Shown: positions 47,297 through 60,726 of the stretch, one piece after another
How the letters are laid out: every line of letters begins with the position of its first letter
Position numbering within the stretch: the stretch's first letter is position 1
Source of the DNA: Chiloscyllium plagiosum
Taxonomy: Eukaryota
Direction of reading: 5' to 3'
DNA: 64,000 nucleotides
Assembly: GCF_004010195.1 (NCBI RefSeq)
Contig: NC_057753.1
Coordinates: 8,217,309 to 8,281,308, forward strand
Position numbers and translations under genes: made by a program
The notes under the pieces: generated by a model
Told to the model about the DNA's origin: nothing
The model's input: only the letters and a program-made list of their open reading frames with translations
Database searches by the model: none

Positions 47297-49920
47297 TCTA
47301 GGATTAAAGACAGGATTCCTGGCAGTGTGGAGGAACAGAAGTTTCTTGGTGTTCAAGTGCATAGATCCCTCAAATTTGCCACAAAAGTGGATAAAGTTGT
47401 TAAGAAAGCATATGATGTTTTGGCTTGCATTAACGGGGGGCTGGGGTCGTGTTTCAGAGCCACGAGGTTTTTGCTGCAGCTCGACAAGTCCCTGGTGAGA
47501 CCACACGTGGAATATTGTGTTAAGTTCTGGTCGCCCCATTATTGGAAATATACGGAGGCTTTGACGAGGGTGCAAAGAAGGTTTGCCAAATGCTAACTGG
47601 ACTGGAAGACGTATCTTACGAAGGAAGTTTGACTAAGCTCGGACCTTTCCTCATGGAGAGAAGGAGGAAGCGAGGTGATCGAGGTATTCAAAGTAATGAG
47701 AGACAGGGATGGAGTCGATGGCCAGAGAATTCTCCCCAGGCCAGGATTGAATAGCACGAAGCGTCATAGTTTTAAGGTGTTAGGAGGAAGATTTAGAGAA
47801 TACTTCAGAGGTAGGTTCTTTACACAGAGAGTTGTGAGTACATGGAATGCGCTGCCAATGGCAGTGGTGGAAGCAGAGTCCCTAGGGACACTTAAGCGGT
47901 TGCTGGACATGTACATGGACAGTAGCGAATTGAAGGGTGTGTAGGTAAGGTTATTTTATTTTAAATTCGGAATAATCCTCGGCACAATATCGTGGGCCGA
48001 AGGGCCTGTTTTGTGATGGACTTTTCTATGTTCTGTGTTCTAACCTGTATCAATCTTTAACTTATTCATCCCAAAAAGACCAAATGAATAACGGCAGTCT
48101 TCTTTCATAAGTGATTGGAAAAGCAGTACTTACATAATATTGCACCACGTTAGTTTCAAGTAGTAAAACTTTGTGTTGACTTCGCAGAAAAGAATAATCA
48201 ACTTTGAGTTTCAATGGTTTCATGGAAACAATTTGCAAGGCAACAGGAAAATTCGGAATCTGCATGCTACCAAATACGATGGTATTTGGCACTACCATTA
48301 GGAGTGAATACGGAATGTGAAAACAGTTGTTTTAGTTCTTCAGTTGTTTGACTTTTCCCCCCACACCCACACACACCCCACCCCAACCCCCACCGTTTCC
48401 AGAAATTGTGGGTTGTCAGTTTAATTACTGATCACAAAGATACAAGGTATTGTTGTAAATTGGTGCTGTGAAAGTACTCATTTGGAATAGAAACATATTC
48501 AGTGAATTGCAGGAGTCATATTACTTACTCAACTTGTGTGAGATGAACGCGTCGTTGCTCCAACTAGCCATGAAAGCAGAACACCTTCAATTTTAAAAAC
48601 AAAAACAAATTCCTCAAAGAAATCACAAATTTCATAAAACGAAACGAAAGGAAGCATTTAAGTTTGAAAGAATAAGTTATGGCTGATGCCTGTTCCAATT
48701 GAAGTATTTCTCCTAAGTGACAAAAAAGGCTATGCATATTCCTGGAACTGAGGGAGGTACAAACGATTGGATATAATCACACAGTTTCCAGGGAAAATAA
48801 ACGTTTACCTGGCATGAGGAAGTGTGCATGCTACACGAAGAAAGAGGAAAATGCGCACTTTAGGATTATGTTCAGACATGGAGTCCATAACAAAGTAAAA
48901 CAGCTGAAGAGTCTTCAAACAGTTGGAAACAAAACAGAGAAACAAATCAAAAGTCCAAACACTACACGTGTAATTCATAAGGATAACTTTCAGTGTACAC
49001 AGGTCCTATTCACTATTTGTAAATTCGCGAGAATTGGTCTATTTTATCAAATAATTCGACTGTGTGCACAATGCTGCATTAGCATATCGCCAGTCAAAAT
49101 GCTACAAGTTGATGCAAACATCGTTTTGAAATTTCAGGGGCTTGTTGTCCTCAGAATTGTTAAATATATTACGTTCAAATACATTTAAGTTCGGTAATAT
49201 TTTGACTGGACAGATTGACTTTGGGTCCAGACATTTACCCTCAGAGCTATGAAGAATATGTCATCATGATTACTATCAGTGTTGGCAGATCCGGTGCTCA
49301 GAATGAAATCCAATTTGCACAGGCTAAACTGGTTACATCTCTGGAGCAATTCTGAGCATAACACTGCACCCAAGCCCTTTACACCATCAGAACAGGTGAC
49401 CAAGACTTTAACTATATACGCACATATTGTCCAAAGATCACAAGTTGAATATACATCTGATGAAGTTTAAGATTGGCTATTGACTAAGTGGTGACAGGTT
49501 ATGCATGGTCTTAAAATATTCTACAGCTTTTTCTTCAGTTTCAATCATCTTACAGAAACGTTTTTCATTTGTCCCCTCGTCGGGATTATGCAATTCAGTT
49601 TCATTATTTTTTTAAAAATCAGAAGATCAGATATCTCCAGGATAATAACTATGAATTATGGAAATGCACCTTAATGAGTCATTGCCATGTCTATTTAATA
49701 TTTGGTAACTTTTGTTTTAGCCCATGAGCTTTGCTTCATGCGCAGCATGGAAACAATAGTGTTTTTTCTCTTTTTTCCATCTTTTACTTTTTGCTGAAAT
49801 CTAGCTTGCTTCACCAAGTATATTGATCTGCTGAAAACACCGAGCAGGATATTAAAGGCATGTTTACAAAAATGACACGGGAGCATTGATGCAAGGAAAA
49901 TTGTTCTCTTGATCTACTTT

Positions 49921-52900
49921 AGAACATATAATATAGAACAATACAGCACAGAACACGCCATTCGGCCCTCGATGCTGCGCCGACCTGTGAACTATTCTCA
50001 GCTCGCCCCCCTACACTATCCCAAAAGCATCCACGTTTTTATATCAAGATCGTTTATAACTCCCTAATGTGGCTGAGTTGACTACATTATCAGGTACTGC
50101 ATTCCACGCACTGACTACTCTCTGCGTAAAGAACCTGCCTATGACATCTGCCTTAAATCTACCACCCCTTAATTTGTAGTTCTGCTCACCCACCGCCCCC
50201 CCCCCCCCACACCCCCGTACAAGCTGACGTCAACATCCTAGGAAAAATACTTACATTGTCTACCCTATCCATTCGTGTGATCATCTTGTATGTCTATATC
50301 AAATCCCATCTTAACTTTCCGCTTGCCAATGAGAACAGGTTCAAGTATCTCAGTCTTACCTCATAAGACCTTCCCTCCAGACCAGGCAACATCCGGCTAA
50401 ATCTCCTCTGCACCTTTTCCAATGCTTCCATATTCGTTGCGAAATATGGGGCCAGAACTGTACACAATATTCCAAGTGTGGCCGCATCAGATTTTTTTAT
50501 AGTTGCAGTATGATATTGCAACTCCGGAAATCAATCCCTCCACGAATGAAACCTAACTCACCATATGCCTTCTTCTTATTGGGTGGCAACTTTCAGGGAT
50601 CTATGTATATTGACTCCAAGATCCCTCTGCACATCCACACTACCAAGAATATTTCAATTGACCCAGTACTCTGCCTTCCTGTTATTCTCCAAAAGTGCAT
50701 CACCTCACAGTTAGCTGCATTTCACTCCATTTGCCATCTTTCAGCCTATTTCTGCAGTTTATCCAAGTCCCCCTGCAACCTGTAACATTTTTCCACACTG
50801 TCCACTACTCCACCGACATTAGTGTCATCTGCAAATTTACTAATCCATCCACCTATGCCTGCGTCTCAGTCATTTATAAAAATGACCATCAGCAGTGGTC
50901 CCAAATCAGATCCTTATGGCATACCACTAATAACCTGACTCTAGGCTGAATATTTTCCATCAACCACCAATCACTGCCTTCTTTCAGAATGCCAGTTTCT
51001 AATCCAAACTGCTAAATCACCCTCAATCCCATGTCTCTGCATTTTCTCCAACAGCTTACTATGTGGAACCTTATCAATGGTTTTACTGAAGTCCACATAT
51101 ATCACGTCAACTGACCTAACTTCATCTATATGCTTGGTTACGTTATCAAAAAACTCAATGAGGTTTGTGAGACACGACCTGCCCTTGATGAAACCATGCT
51201 GAATATCTGAAATCAAATTGTTGCTTGCTCGATGATTATAAATCTTATCTCTTATAATCCGTTCCAAAACCATTTCTACAACACAAGTAAGGCTCACTGG
51301 TCTATAATTACCTGCGTCATCTCTATTTCTCGTCTTGTACAAAGGCACAACATTTGCAATCCTCCAGTCCTCTCGTACCAAACCTGTAGGCAATGACGAC
51401 TCAAATATCAAAGCCAAAGGCTCTGCTATCTCCTCCCTATCTTCCCAGAGAATCCTCGGATATATCCCATCCGGCCCAGGGGACTTGTCTACGTTCACGG
51501 CTTCTAGAATTGATAACACTTGTGCGTAACTAACCTCAATCCTTTCTAGTCTAATATTTCGAACCTCATTCTTCTCCTCTACATTATTCTTCCTTTCCTG
51601 AGTGAAGGCCGATAAGAAATGTTGGGTTAGCACCTCTCCGATCCACACAACTTCCCACTTCTGTCTTTGTTTGGCCCTATTCCTACCCTAATCATCATTT
51701 TATTCCTCACATACATATAGAAAGCTTTAGGGTTCAGCTTTATTCTATTTGCTTATGACTGCTCGTGTCCTCTCGTTGCTCTTCTTAACTCTCTCTTCAA
51801 ATCCTTCCTCGCTGATCTGTAACTCTCCATCGCCTCAACTGAACCATCTTGCCTCATCAACACATCAGCCTCCTTCTTCTTCGTGACAAGAGATGCAATT
51901 TCTGTTGGAAACCACGGTTCCCTTACCTTATGGTTTCCGCCCTGCCTGACAGGGACATACCTATCAAGGGCAGACAATATCTGTACCTTAAACAAGCTCC
52001 ACATTTACATTGTCGGAATCCCCTGCATTTTGCCAGCCCATTCTATGCATGTAATACCTGCCTAATCGCAATATAATTGCCCTTGCCCCATCGACAAGTC
52101 TTGAACTGTGGCATGTAAATATCCCTTTCCATCACTAAACTAAACGTAACTGAATTATGATCAATCTCTCCAAAGTGCTCACATACAACTAAGTCAAACA
52201 CCTGGCCTGGTTCATTACCAAGCACCAGATCCAATGTGGCCTCCCCTCTTGTCAGCCCTTCGACATACTGTGTCAGGAAACCCTCCTGTACACATTGGAC
52301 GAAAACTGATCCATCCGACGTACTAGAGTTATAGCATTTTCAGACAATGTTGGGGAAGTTAAAGTCCCCCATAATGACCGTCCTGTTCCTTTCACTCCTA
52401 CCGAGAATAATTTTGCTACTCCTCTCTTCCACCTCCCTGGAACTCGGCGGGGGCCTATAGAAAACTTCAAGCGGTGTGACCTCTCCTCTCCTGTTTCTAA
52501 CCTCAGCACACACTACCTCAGTACACGAGTCCTCATCTAAAGTTCTCCCAGCCACCGTTATACTATCCTTGACTAATAAGGCCACGCCTCCTCCTCTTTT
52601 GTCGCCTTATCTGTTCTTAATGAAAGTTCTAAATCCTGGAACCTGCAACATCCATTCCTCACTCTGCTCTATCTATGTCTCCGAAATGGCCACAAAGTCG
52701 AAGTCCCAGGTACCTCTCCATGCTGCAAGCTCACCTACCTTATTTCGGATACTTATGCGTTAAAAGAGATGCACTTCAAACCACTTTACTGTCTGCCAGC
52801 ACATTCTTGTGACCCTGAAATCCTGTCCCCGTCCTTCCTACTCTCATCCTCGCGTGCACTGCAACTGCACCTCCAGTTCCCATCACCCTGCTGAGCTATT

Positions 52901-53230
52901 TTAAGCCAATCCGAATAGCACCAGCAAATTTCCCACCCAGGATATTATTGCCCCTCTGGTTTAAGTGAAGACCGCCCTGTTTGTAAAAGTCCCACCTTCC
53001 CCAGATTGAGCCCCAATTATCCAAGAAGCTGAAACCCTCCCTCCTATACCATCCTTGCAGACACGTGTTCAGCTGCTCTCTCTCCATATTCCTTGTCTCG
53101 CTAACACGTGGCACGGGCAACAAACCAGAGATAACAACTCTGTGTGTTCTAGCTCTCAGCTTCCATCCTAGCTCTCTGATATCCTGCCTTGCATCTCTAT
53201 CTCTCTTTCTAACTAAGTCTTTGGTACCTA
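49921..53230 (-). mobile_element. Near-full-length decayed CR1 LINE (ORF1 esterase, ORF2, 3' end)
   Basis: ORF1 GGLHLNQRG (52896-53123); APE IMGDFNFP and DLVLGNEP; RT ORF 50971-51648; 3' GAGGGCCGAATGGC...TGTTCTATATTATATGTTCT tail. Confidence 0.92.
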
Positions 53231-53989
53231 CATATATATCTGCAAACTAATATGTGAGTCAATAGTCTAAACTACGTTAGTTATATTCACCAAGCGGCTG
53301 TCAATGATTTTCGGTGTTGAGGATTTCTGGGTGGTGGATGTCTCTTGCAGATCTGTCACAGTTTCTATTGTATTGGAGCCCCAGTTTCTCGAAAAGCAGA
53401 ATGATAGGGAAACTCCAATTAGTGCCATAGGATCGCAAGTATGAATGCTGAGTTCCTTATTTGCTGTTTCAACATTCCTGAGCACATTCAGCACTTGTCT
53501 AAATAATCAATATTAAAACGTCATCCAAGTGTCTCGGTATTAATCACATAAAAGTGATTTCCACAGACGATCAAAGTGAGGGAGTTACATCCCTGGCAAA
53601 TCAGACAACCCCTCATGCTATTTATATGTATTGTTTCACTTAATGTCAGTTGTTCTGTATCATGTTTAAATAACCCTTGACGACTAATCCTTATTTTTTG
53701 GATTTCAGGAACTTTTTTGAGTCGAACACTACAGAGGTAATATCAGAACTGAACACAGCTTTCTTTAGATCAAAGGTGGAATGCTTCCTGTAGTCTGGTG
53801 ATCACACAAGGGGACGAATGGGATTGGACTGGATGTGTGCAAAATGGATTATCCATCATTTTGGTTGCGTGGCATATTTCAGCTACGAAGAAAAGCTGGA
53901 TAAACTCGGGGTTTTTCTGTTGGGGAATTTGATGTGCTGTGGGTGTGGCTTCAAGTCTATGGGTGTCATGTTTAATCGTGGGACCATTT

Positions 53990-56900
53990 CGCCAGAGTGG
54001 CGAGGAGAGAAGGGGAGGTGTCACGTGAGCTGCCGGGATGTGTGAGTTTTCCCGCTTTAAAAGGGATCTACCTCGGGAGTCGGGCCTCCATTTGCCGAGA
54101 GTTGCGAGGGGGGAACGAAGGACTTCTGGGAAATCATATGTTTGTGTGGTTGCGTTACCTGAAACACTGCTCGGGTAGTGTCTCCCACCCATCCTCCTCC
54201 TCTAACCAAAAAAGGGACCTGTGCGCAGATTGGTAAGGTAACGAATTTTNNNNNNNNNNNNNNNNNNNNNNNNNNNNNNNNNNNNNNNNNNNNNNNNNNN
54301 NNNNNNNNNNNNNNNNNNNNNNNNNNNNNNNNNNNNNNNNNNNNNNNNNNNNNNNNNNNTCAGGGGACGGAAAGGCAACCGGCAGGCAGTGCAGGGATCC
54401 CCTGTGGCCATTCCCCTCTACAATAAGTATACCGTTTTGGATACTGTTGGAGAGGGTGGACTTACCAGGGGAAAGCAGTGGGGTACAGGGCTCTGGCACA
54501 GAGTTTGTCCCTGCTGCTCAAAAGGGAAAGGCGAAGAGGAGCAGAGCAGTAGTCATTGGGGACTCCACAGTTGGGGGGACGGATAGGAAGTTCTGAGGGG
54601 ACGAGAGAGACTCACGGTCAGTGTGTTGCCTCCCAGGTTCCAGGGTTCATGATGTCTCTGATCGCGTTTTTGGGATCCTTAAGGGGAGGGAGAGCAGCCC
54701 CAAATCGTGGTCTACATCGGCACCAAAGACATAGTTAGGAAGACAGATGGGGATTTAAGGTGGGATGGAATCTTAGAGCTAGGACAAACAGAGTTGTTGT
54801 CTCTGGTTTGTTGCCCGCGCCACATGCTAGTGAGGCAAGGAATAGGGAGAGAGAGGAGTTGAGCACGTGCCTACAGGGATGGTGCAGGAGGGAGGGTTTT
54901 GGATTCTTGGATAATTGGGGCTCTTTCTGGGGTAGGTGCGACCGCTACAAGCAGGATCGTCTTCATCTGAACCAGAGGGGCACCAATATCCTGGAGGGGA
55001 AATTCACTAAGGCTATTGGTGTGGGTTTAAACTAATCCAGCAGGGGGATGGGAACCAAAATTGTTGTTCGAGTATAGAAACCAGGGGGAATGGGAACCAA
55101 AATTGTAGTTCGAGTATAGAAAAGGTTGAGAGTAGGCAGGTCCAAAATTAAGTTTCAGGGACGCAAGATGGCACCGGCAAGCAAGAAGTCGGTTTGACGT
55201 GTGTCTACTTCAACGCCAGGAGCATCCGCAATGAGGTGGGTGAACTTGCAGCTTGGGTTGGTACCTGGGACTTTGATGTTGTGCTCATTTCGGAGACATG
55301 ATTAGAGCAGTGATAGGAATAGTTGCTGCAGAATGCAGGATTTAGATGTTTCAGTAAGACAGAGAATATGGTAAAAGAGGGGGAGTTGTGGCGTTGTTGG
55401 TCGAGGACAGTATTACAGTTGCAGAAAGGATGTTTGGGGACTCGTCAACTGAGGTCGTATGGGCTGAGGTTATAAACAGGAAAGGAGAGGTCACCCTGTT
55501 GGGAGTTTTTTTATAGGCCTCCGAATAGTTCCAGAGATGTAGAGGAAAGGATAGCAAAGATGATTATCGATAGGAGTGAGAGAGACAGGGTAGTTTCCAT
55601 GGGGGAATTCAACTTTTCAAATATTGACTGCGAACTCTATAGTACGAATACTATAGGTGGATCAGTTTTTGTGCAGCGTGTGAAAGAGGGCTTCCTGACA
55701 CAGTGTGTAGACAGGCCAAAAAGGGGCGAAGCCACATTAGATTTAATACTGGGTAATGAGCCCGGCCAGGTGTGAGACTTGGAAGTAGGGTGAGCACTTT
55801 GGCGATAGCGATCATAATTCTGTTATGTTTACTTTAGTGATAGAAAGGGATAGGTGTATACAGCTGGGGGAAAGGCAATTATGATGCGATGAGGCAAGAA
55901 ATAGGAAGAATAGAATGAGGAAGGAAACTGCAAGAGATAGGCACATTAGAAACGTGGAGCTTATTCAAGGAAAAGCTACTGTGAGTCCTAGATAAGTATA
56001 TACTTGTCAGGCAGGGAGGAAGCTGTAGAGCACTGGAGCAGTGGTTTACGAAGGAAGTGGAATCTCTGGTCAAGAGGAGGAAGGAGTCTTACGTTAGGAT
56101 GAGATGTGAAGGCTCAGTTAGGGCGCTTGAGGGTTAAAAGGTAGCCTGGAAAGATCTAAAGAGAGAGCTCAGAAGAGCCAGGTGGAGACATGAGAACTTG
56201 TTGGCGCATAGTGTCAGGGTAAACTCTAACACTTTCTAAATGTATTTAAGGAATAAAAGAATGATAAGAGTAAGATTAGAGCCAATCAAGGTTAGTTGCA
56301 GGACGTCGTGTGTGGAGTCAGAGAAGATAGTGGAAGCACTAAATGAATATTTTTCAACAGTATTCAACAGTATTCCTAGAAAACGAGAATGTTGTCGAGG
56401 AGATAACTGAGATGCAGGCTACTAGACTGGGTGTGATTTAGGTTCACAAGAAATAGGTTTAGAAATCCTGCAGGGTATGAAAATAGATAAGTCCGCTGGG
56501 CCAGATGGTATTTATCCTAGGATCCACTTGAAAGCCAGGGAGGAGATTGCTGAGCCTTTGGCATTGATCTTTAAATCGTCATTGTCTACAGGAATAGTAC
56601 CAGAAGACTGGAGGATAGCAAATGTGGTTCCCCCGTTCAAGAAGGGGAGTAGAGACAACCCTGGTAATTATAGACCAGTGAGCCTCATTTCAGTTGTTGG
56701 TAACGTGTTTGAAAAGTTTACAATGAATCGGATTTATAATCGTCTAGAAAAGAATAATTTGATTAGGGATAGTCAGCACGGTTTTGTGAAGGGTATTTCG
56801 TGCCTCACAAACCTTATTGAGTTCTTTGCGAAGGTGACCAAACAGGTAGATGAGAGTAAACCGGTTGATGTGGTGTATATGGATTTCAGCAAGGCGTTCG

Positions 56901-57181
56901 ATAAGGTTCCCCACAGTAGGCTACTGTACAAAATGCGGAGGAATGCAATTGTGGGAGATATAGCAGTTTGGATCAGTAATTGGCTTGCTGAAAGAAGACA
57001 GAGCGTGATTGTTGATGGGAACGTTTTATCCTGGAGTCCAGTTACTCGTCGTATACGGCAGGGGTCGGTGTTGGGTCCACTGCTGTTCATCATTTTTTAA
57101 ACGACCTGGATGAGGGCGTAAAAGGGTGGGTTAGTAAATTTGCAGACGACACTTAGGTCGGTGGAGTTGTGGATAGTGATG
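53990..57181 (+). mobile_element. Probably full-length decayed CR1 LINE (5' UTR, ORF1 esterase, APE, RT into gap)
   Basis: CpG-rich head with CACGTG at 54022-54027; PVAIPLYNKYTVLDTV linker; DRLHLNQRGTNIL; YFNARSIRN; RT ORF 56477-57100; 40-bp tandem duplication at 55041-55122. Assignment of the head 53990-54249 across the gap is inferred. Confidence 0.88.
54250..54359. other. Assembly gap (110 N)
   Basis: N run. Confidence 1.
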
Positions 57182-57681
57182 NNNNNNNNNNNNNNNNNNN
57201 NNNNNNNNNNNNNNNNNNNNNNNNNNNNNNNNNNNNNNNNNNNNNNNNNNNNNNNNNNNNNNNNNNNNNNNNNNNNNNNNNNNNNNNNNNNNNNNNNNNN
57301 NNNNNNNNNNNNNNNNNNNNNNNNNNNNNNNNNNNNNNNNNNNNNNNNNNNNNNNNNNNNNNNNNNNNNNNNNNNNNNNNNNNNNNNNNNNNNNNNNNNN
57401 NNNNNNNNNNNNNNNNNNNNNNNNNNNNNNNNNNNNNNNNNNNNNNNNNNNNNNNNNNNNNNNNNNNNNNNNNNNNNNNNNNNNNNNNNNNNNNNNNNNN
57501 NNNNNNNNNNNNNNNNNNNNNNNNNNNNNNNNNNNNNNNNNNNNNNNNNNNNNNNNNNNNNNNNNNNNNNNNNNNNNNNNNNNNNNNNNNNNNNNNNNNN
57601 NNNNNNNNNNNNNNNNNNNNNNNNNNNNNNNNNNNNNNNNNNNNNNNNNNNNNNNNNNNNNNNNNNNNNNNNNNNNNNNNN
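57182..57681. other. Assembly gap (500 N)
   Basis: N run. Confidence 1.
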
Positions 57682-57720
57682 TCTGCCTTCCCATTTGACT
57701 AATTTTCAAAGCTTTTTTTT

Positions 57721-58014
57721 AGATTAGATTACTTACAGTGTGGAAACAGGCCCTTTCGGCCCAACAAGTCAACACCGACCCGCCGAAGCGCAACCCACCC
57801 ATACCCCTACATTTACCCCTTACCTAACACCACCAATTCTCCTGACCTGCACATCTTTGGACTGTGGGAGGAAACCAGAGCACCCGGAGGAACCCACGCA
57901 GGCACAGGGAGAACGTGCAAACTCCACACAGTCAGTCGCCTGAGGCGGAAATTGAACCCAGGTCTCTGGCGCTGTGAGGCAGCAGTGCTAACCACTGTGC
58001 CACCGTGCCGCCCA
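57721..58014 (-). mobile_element. HE1-type SINE with small internal deletion
   Basis: Minus strand tgggcggcacggTGGCACAGTGGttagc...GGTTCAATTTCC...aatctaatct followed by an A-run. Confidence 0.9.
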
Positions 58015-60538
58015 TTGTGGGAACCGACGAGAAGCGACTCAATAAATTTTGCTAAATTCCATGGTGCTTATTAGAAATGCAGTTTCTGTTCACGTCAATC
58101 TAAAAGGCAGTTTCTGAACATAGTAACAGAAGTCAAAAGATAATTATCTCTTACCTGCGATTGTGGCACTCTTTCCCCAATGATAAGTTTTCCTGGTGGT
58201 GCTCTGTTTCGCACCTTGTAATCGTCATGTGTTATCTGTTCACTAACTTTTGTGAATGAATGAATGAATTGTTAATCTCGCTGCTGAATGAAAATGCAAT
58301 TATTAAGCACCTCCCCGCTGTCGTGTGCCAGTATGTGTTAGCCCTTCTTGTTTTGTAGAACGATTTTTTTTGAAACTGCAGGAGCAAAAAAGCAAAGTCA
58401 CATGGCCAGTGAGTAACAATTTCTCCTGACACTGATGTCAACAAGTCCGGTTGTTAAACAGGAGCATGTGTTTGGGAACTCTTGCACAACGGAAAGTGAA
58501 GAGTCAAAAGATAGTAAACGTGGTTGGTAGATGGGTTCAGTATACGCTGAAGACACCAGTAGATTTCAACTCAATTAACTTAACCACTCGGACACGACTA
58601 CATAGCCTGTTAATGCTGCTCAAATGGAATTGAAAGAAGATTACAATAGCGCAAATCACCATTCGATCCAACTTGTTGGATTTGGACTTTAGCACGTGTA
58701 CATATAAAATACTGCCAATAACTGAGGATAATGTCGATCTATTGAACAAATAAAGATATGAAGCAATAGCAGCAACAGTTTTGAAAGATGTAGGAACAAG
58801 TTGGGTTAACTTAGGGCGTCATACCTCTCTTGTGCATTGGTTGCCATCTTTATCAAAAAATCAAAATGTCCCAGTTTATAAAAGGTTTGAAATCGCTGTG
58901 TTACCTCGCCCTCCGGGAAAACGGGGTTGTCTCTGCTTACTGCTACAAGTGAATGGAACTTGCCGTTTTTCTTGATGCTCTTGTCACTAAATTTCACTTT
59001 GAATGTACTCAGCGAAAATTGCAGTCTGGTGACAAAGACGAACATTCCAATTAATTGCTATGTCAATTTTCGTTGAATTTGAACAAAAATAGAAGGGGGT
59101 CATAGCTCAGGTCCAGGCAGCCAAAATCAATAGAATCCCTGAAACTATTTTGGCAATACACAGGTTTACTAAAGAAGGAAATCAGGAGGGCAAAAGGGGG
59201 CATGGGATAGCGTTGTCTCAGAAGATTTGGGTGTATCCAAATAAGTTATTTCAGTGTGTTATAGGAAACAGAAAACATATAGAGTGAATAGGACCTCTCA
59301 AGGAACAAATTGGACGTGTCTGCGTGGAACCTTAGTAGACGGGCAAGGTACTCAATGAATGCTTTTCCTCGGTGATTACCGTAAAGAATGAAATGAAGAC
59401 TTGAAACCATCGGTAAGATAGAGGTAATATCTTCCAGAGAGTCGATATAAGAGTAGAGGAGGTGTTGGGTGTATGAGAATGTATGAAGTTGGATAAATCT
59501 CCAGTTCCTGACCTGAAATATCCAAGAACACTCGGAGAGTCTAGGGGTGAAATTATGGGGCCTCAGATGATATTTTTGTGTCATTGCTAGCCATAGTCGA
59601 GGTCCCACAAGACTGGACGGTCGTGAATGTCGTTCCCTTATTCAAAAAGGGCTGCAAAGAAAAGTTCGAAACTGTAGAAAAGGAATTCTAAGAGAAAGGC
59701 GAAAGGGTCATCAGCTTCTTTTCAAAATTGGTCGTCAAGATTGTCAAGACTCGATGGTTATTCTGGGATCGGAGCCAGTGCTTTGCTTCCCTGCTGTTCA
59801 GATTGTCAAAAACAAATTATGTGTTCACAGTAAAAAAGTGATTCTGCCTTTTCATTGCGGTGTGGCTTAATGGAATTCACATTAACTTAGTGCAAATATC
59901 GTTCATTCTGGGCCAAAGTCTACTAAAACTGAAAAGCAAAAATGATACTACACTTTCGAGTTTGTTTAAAAAGAAATGATCTGTGCTGTTATGGCGGCAT
60001 GCTGGGACAATGGTTAAAAGTGACATCTCCCTACCCTTAGCATCCAAGTTCCATTCCACCCTTAATTTAATGTCTGTGTGGAGTTTGCACATTCTCGTCT
60101 TGCCTGTGGGAGTTTCACTGACGTGCCCTGGTTTCTTCTCACCGTCCAAAGATGTGCAGTTGGATTCGGTGTATATGGTCTTCAGTAAGGCATTTGACAA
60201 GGTTCCACACAGTATGCTCAATCGTGAAGTCGGGAGGGATGGGATGCAGGGAAATTTGTCTGTCTAGATTCAGAATTGAGAGAGTGGTTGTACATGCCTG
60301 GAGGTCAGTGGTGAATGGTGCCCCGCAGGACGGTGTTATTGGGCCTCTGCTCTTTGTCGGTTTTATAAATGACTTGGATGAGAGGGTTGTGGTGTGGGTT
60401 AGTAAATTTGCCGATGACACAAAGGTTGGAGGTAACATTAAAAGTATGAAGGGCTATTGCAGGCTGCAGATATAGACAGGACTCAGAATTAGGCTGAGAA
60501 TTGGCAGATGCAGTTCAACCTGGGTAAATGTGAAGTGA

Positions 60539-60726
60539 GAGCATCTGAGGTGCAGAAAAACAGATCTTTCGGGCAAAAACCCTTTATCAGGAATATTCCT
60601 GATGAAGTGAATTTGCCCGAAACATCGATTTTCGTGCTCCTCTGATGCTGCCTGACCTGCTGTGCTTTTCCAGAACCACTCTGATCTAAACTCTGGTTTC
60701 CAGCATCTGCCGTCCTCATTTTTGCC
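60539..60726. mobile_element. 188-bp inverted Penelope-like insert (paralog of 46966-47153)
   Basis: TSD taaatgtgaagtga at 60525-60538 and 60727-60740; centre gaat|attc at 60594/60595. Confidence 0.85.

Larger units (their letters stand above)
46402..48042 (+). mobile_element. SINE 5' half fused to CR1 RT and 3' end (paralog about 59992-61520)
   Basis: SINE head to tccaaagatgtgcaggt (46570) directly followed by VDSVYMVFSKAFDKVPH, KFADDTK, FFTQRVVSTWNALP and a ttctatgttctgtgttcta tail. Confidence 0.8.
44759..50545 (+). repeat. Second segmental duplication, unit C (paralogous to 58144-64000)
   Basis: Colinear match from ttatctcttacctgc to tcaatccctccacga, offset about 13.4 kb; the paralog runs off the window end. 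Confidence 0.93.

Noticed and set aside
48814..49188. 124-aa ORF also open in the paralog (62300-62653); likewise 45068-45364 and ORFs at 15.6-16.5 kb
   Set aside because: No recognisable domain; conservation is explained by recent duplication, and the 45 kb ORF is interrupted in its paralog.
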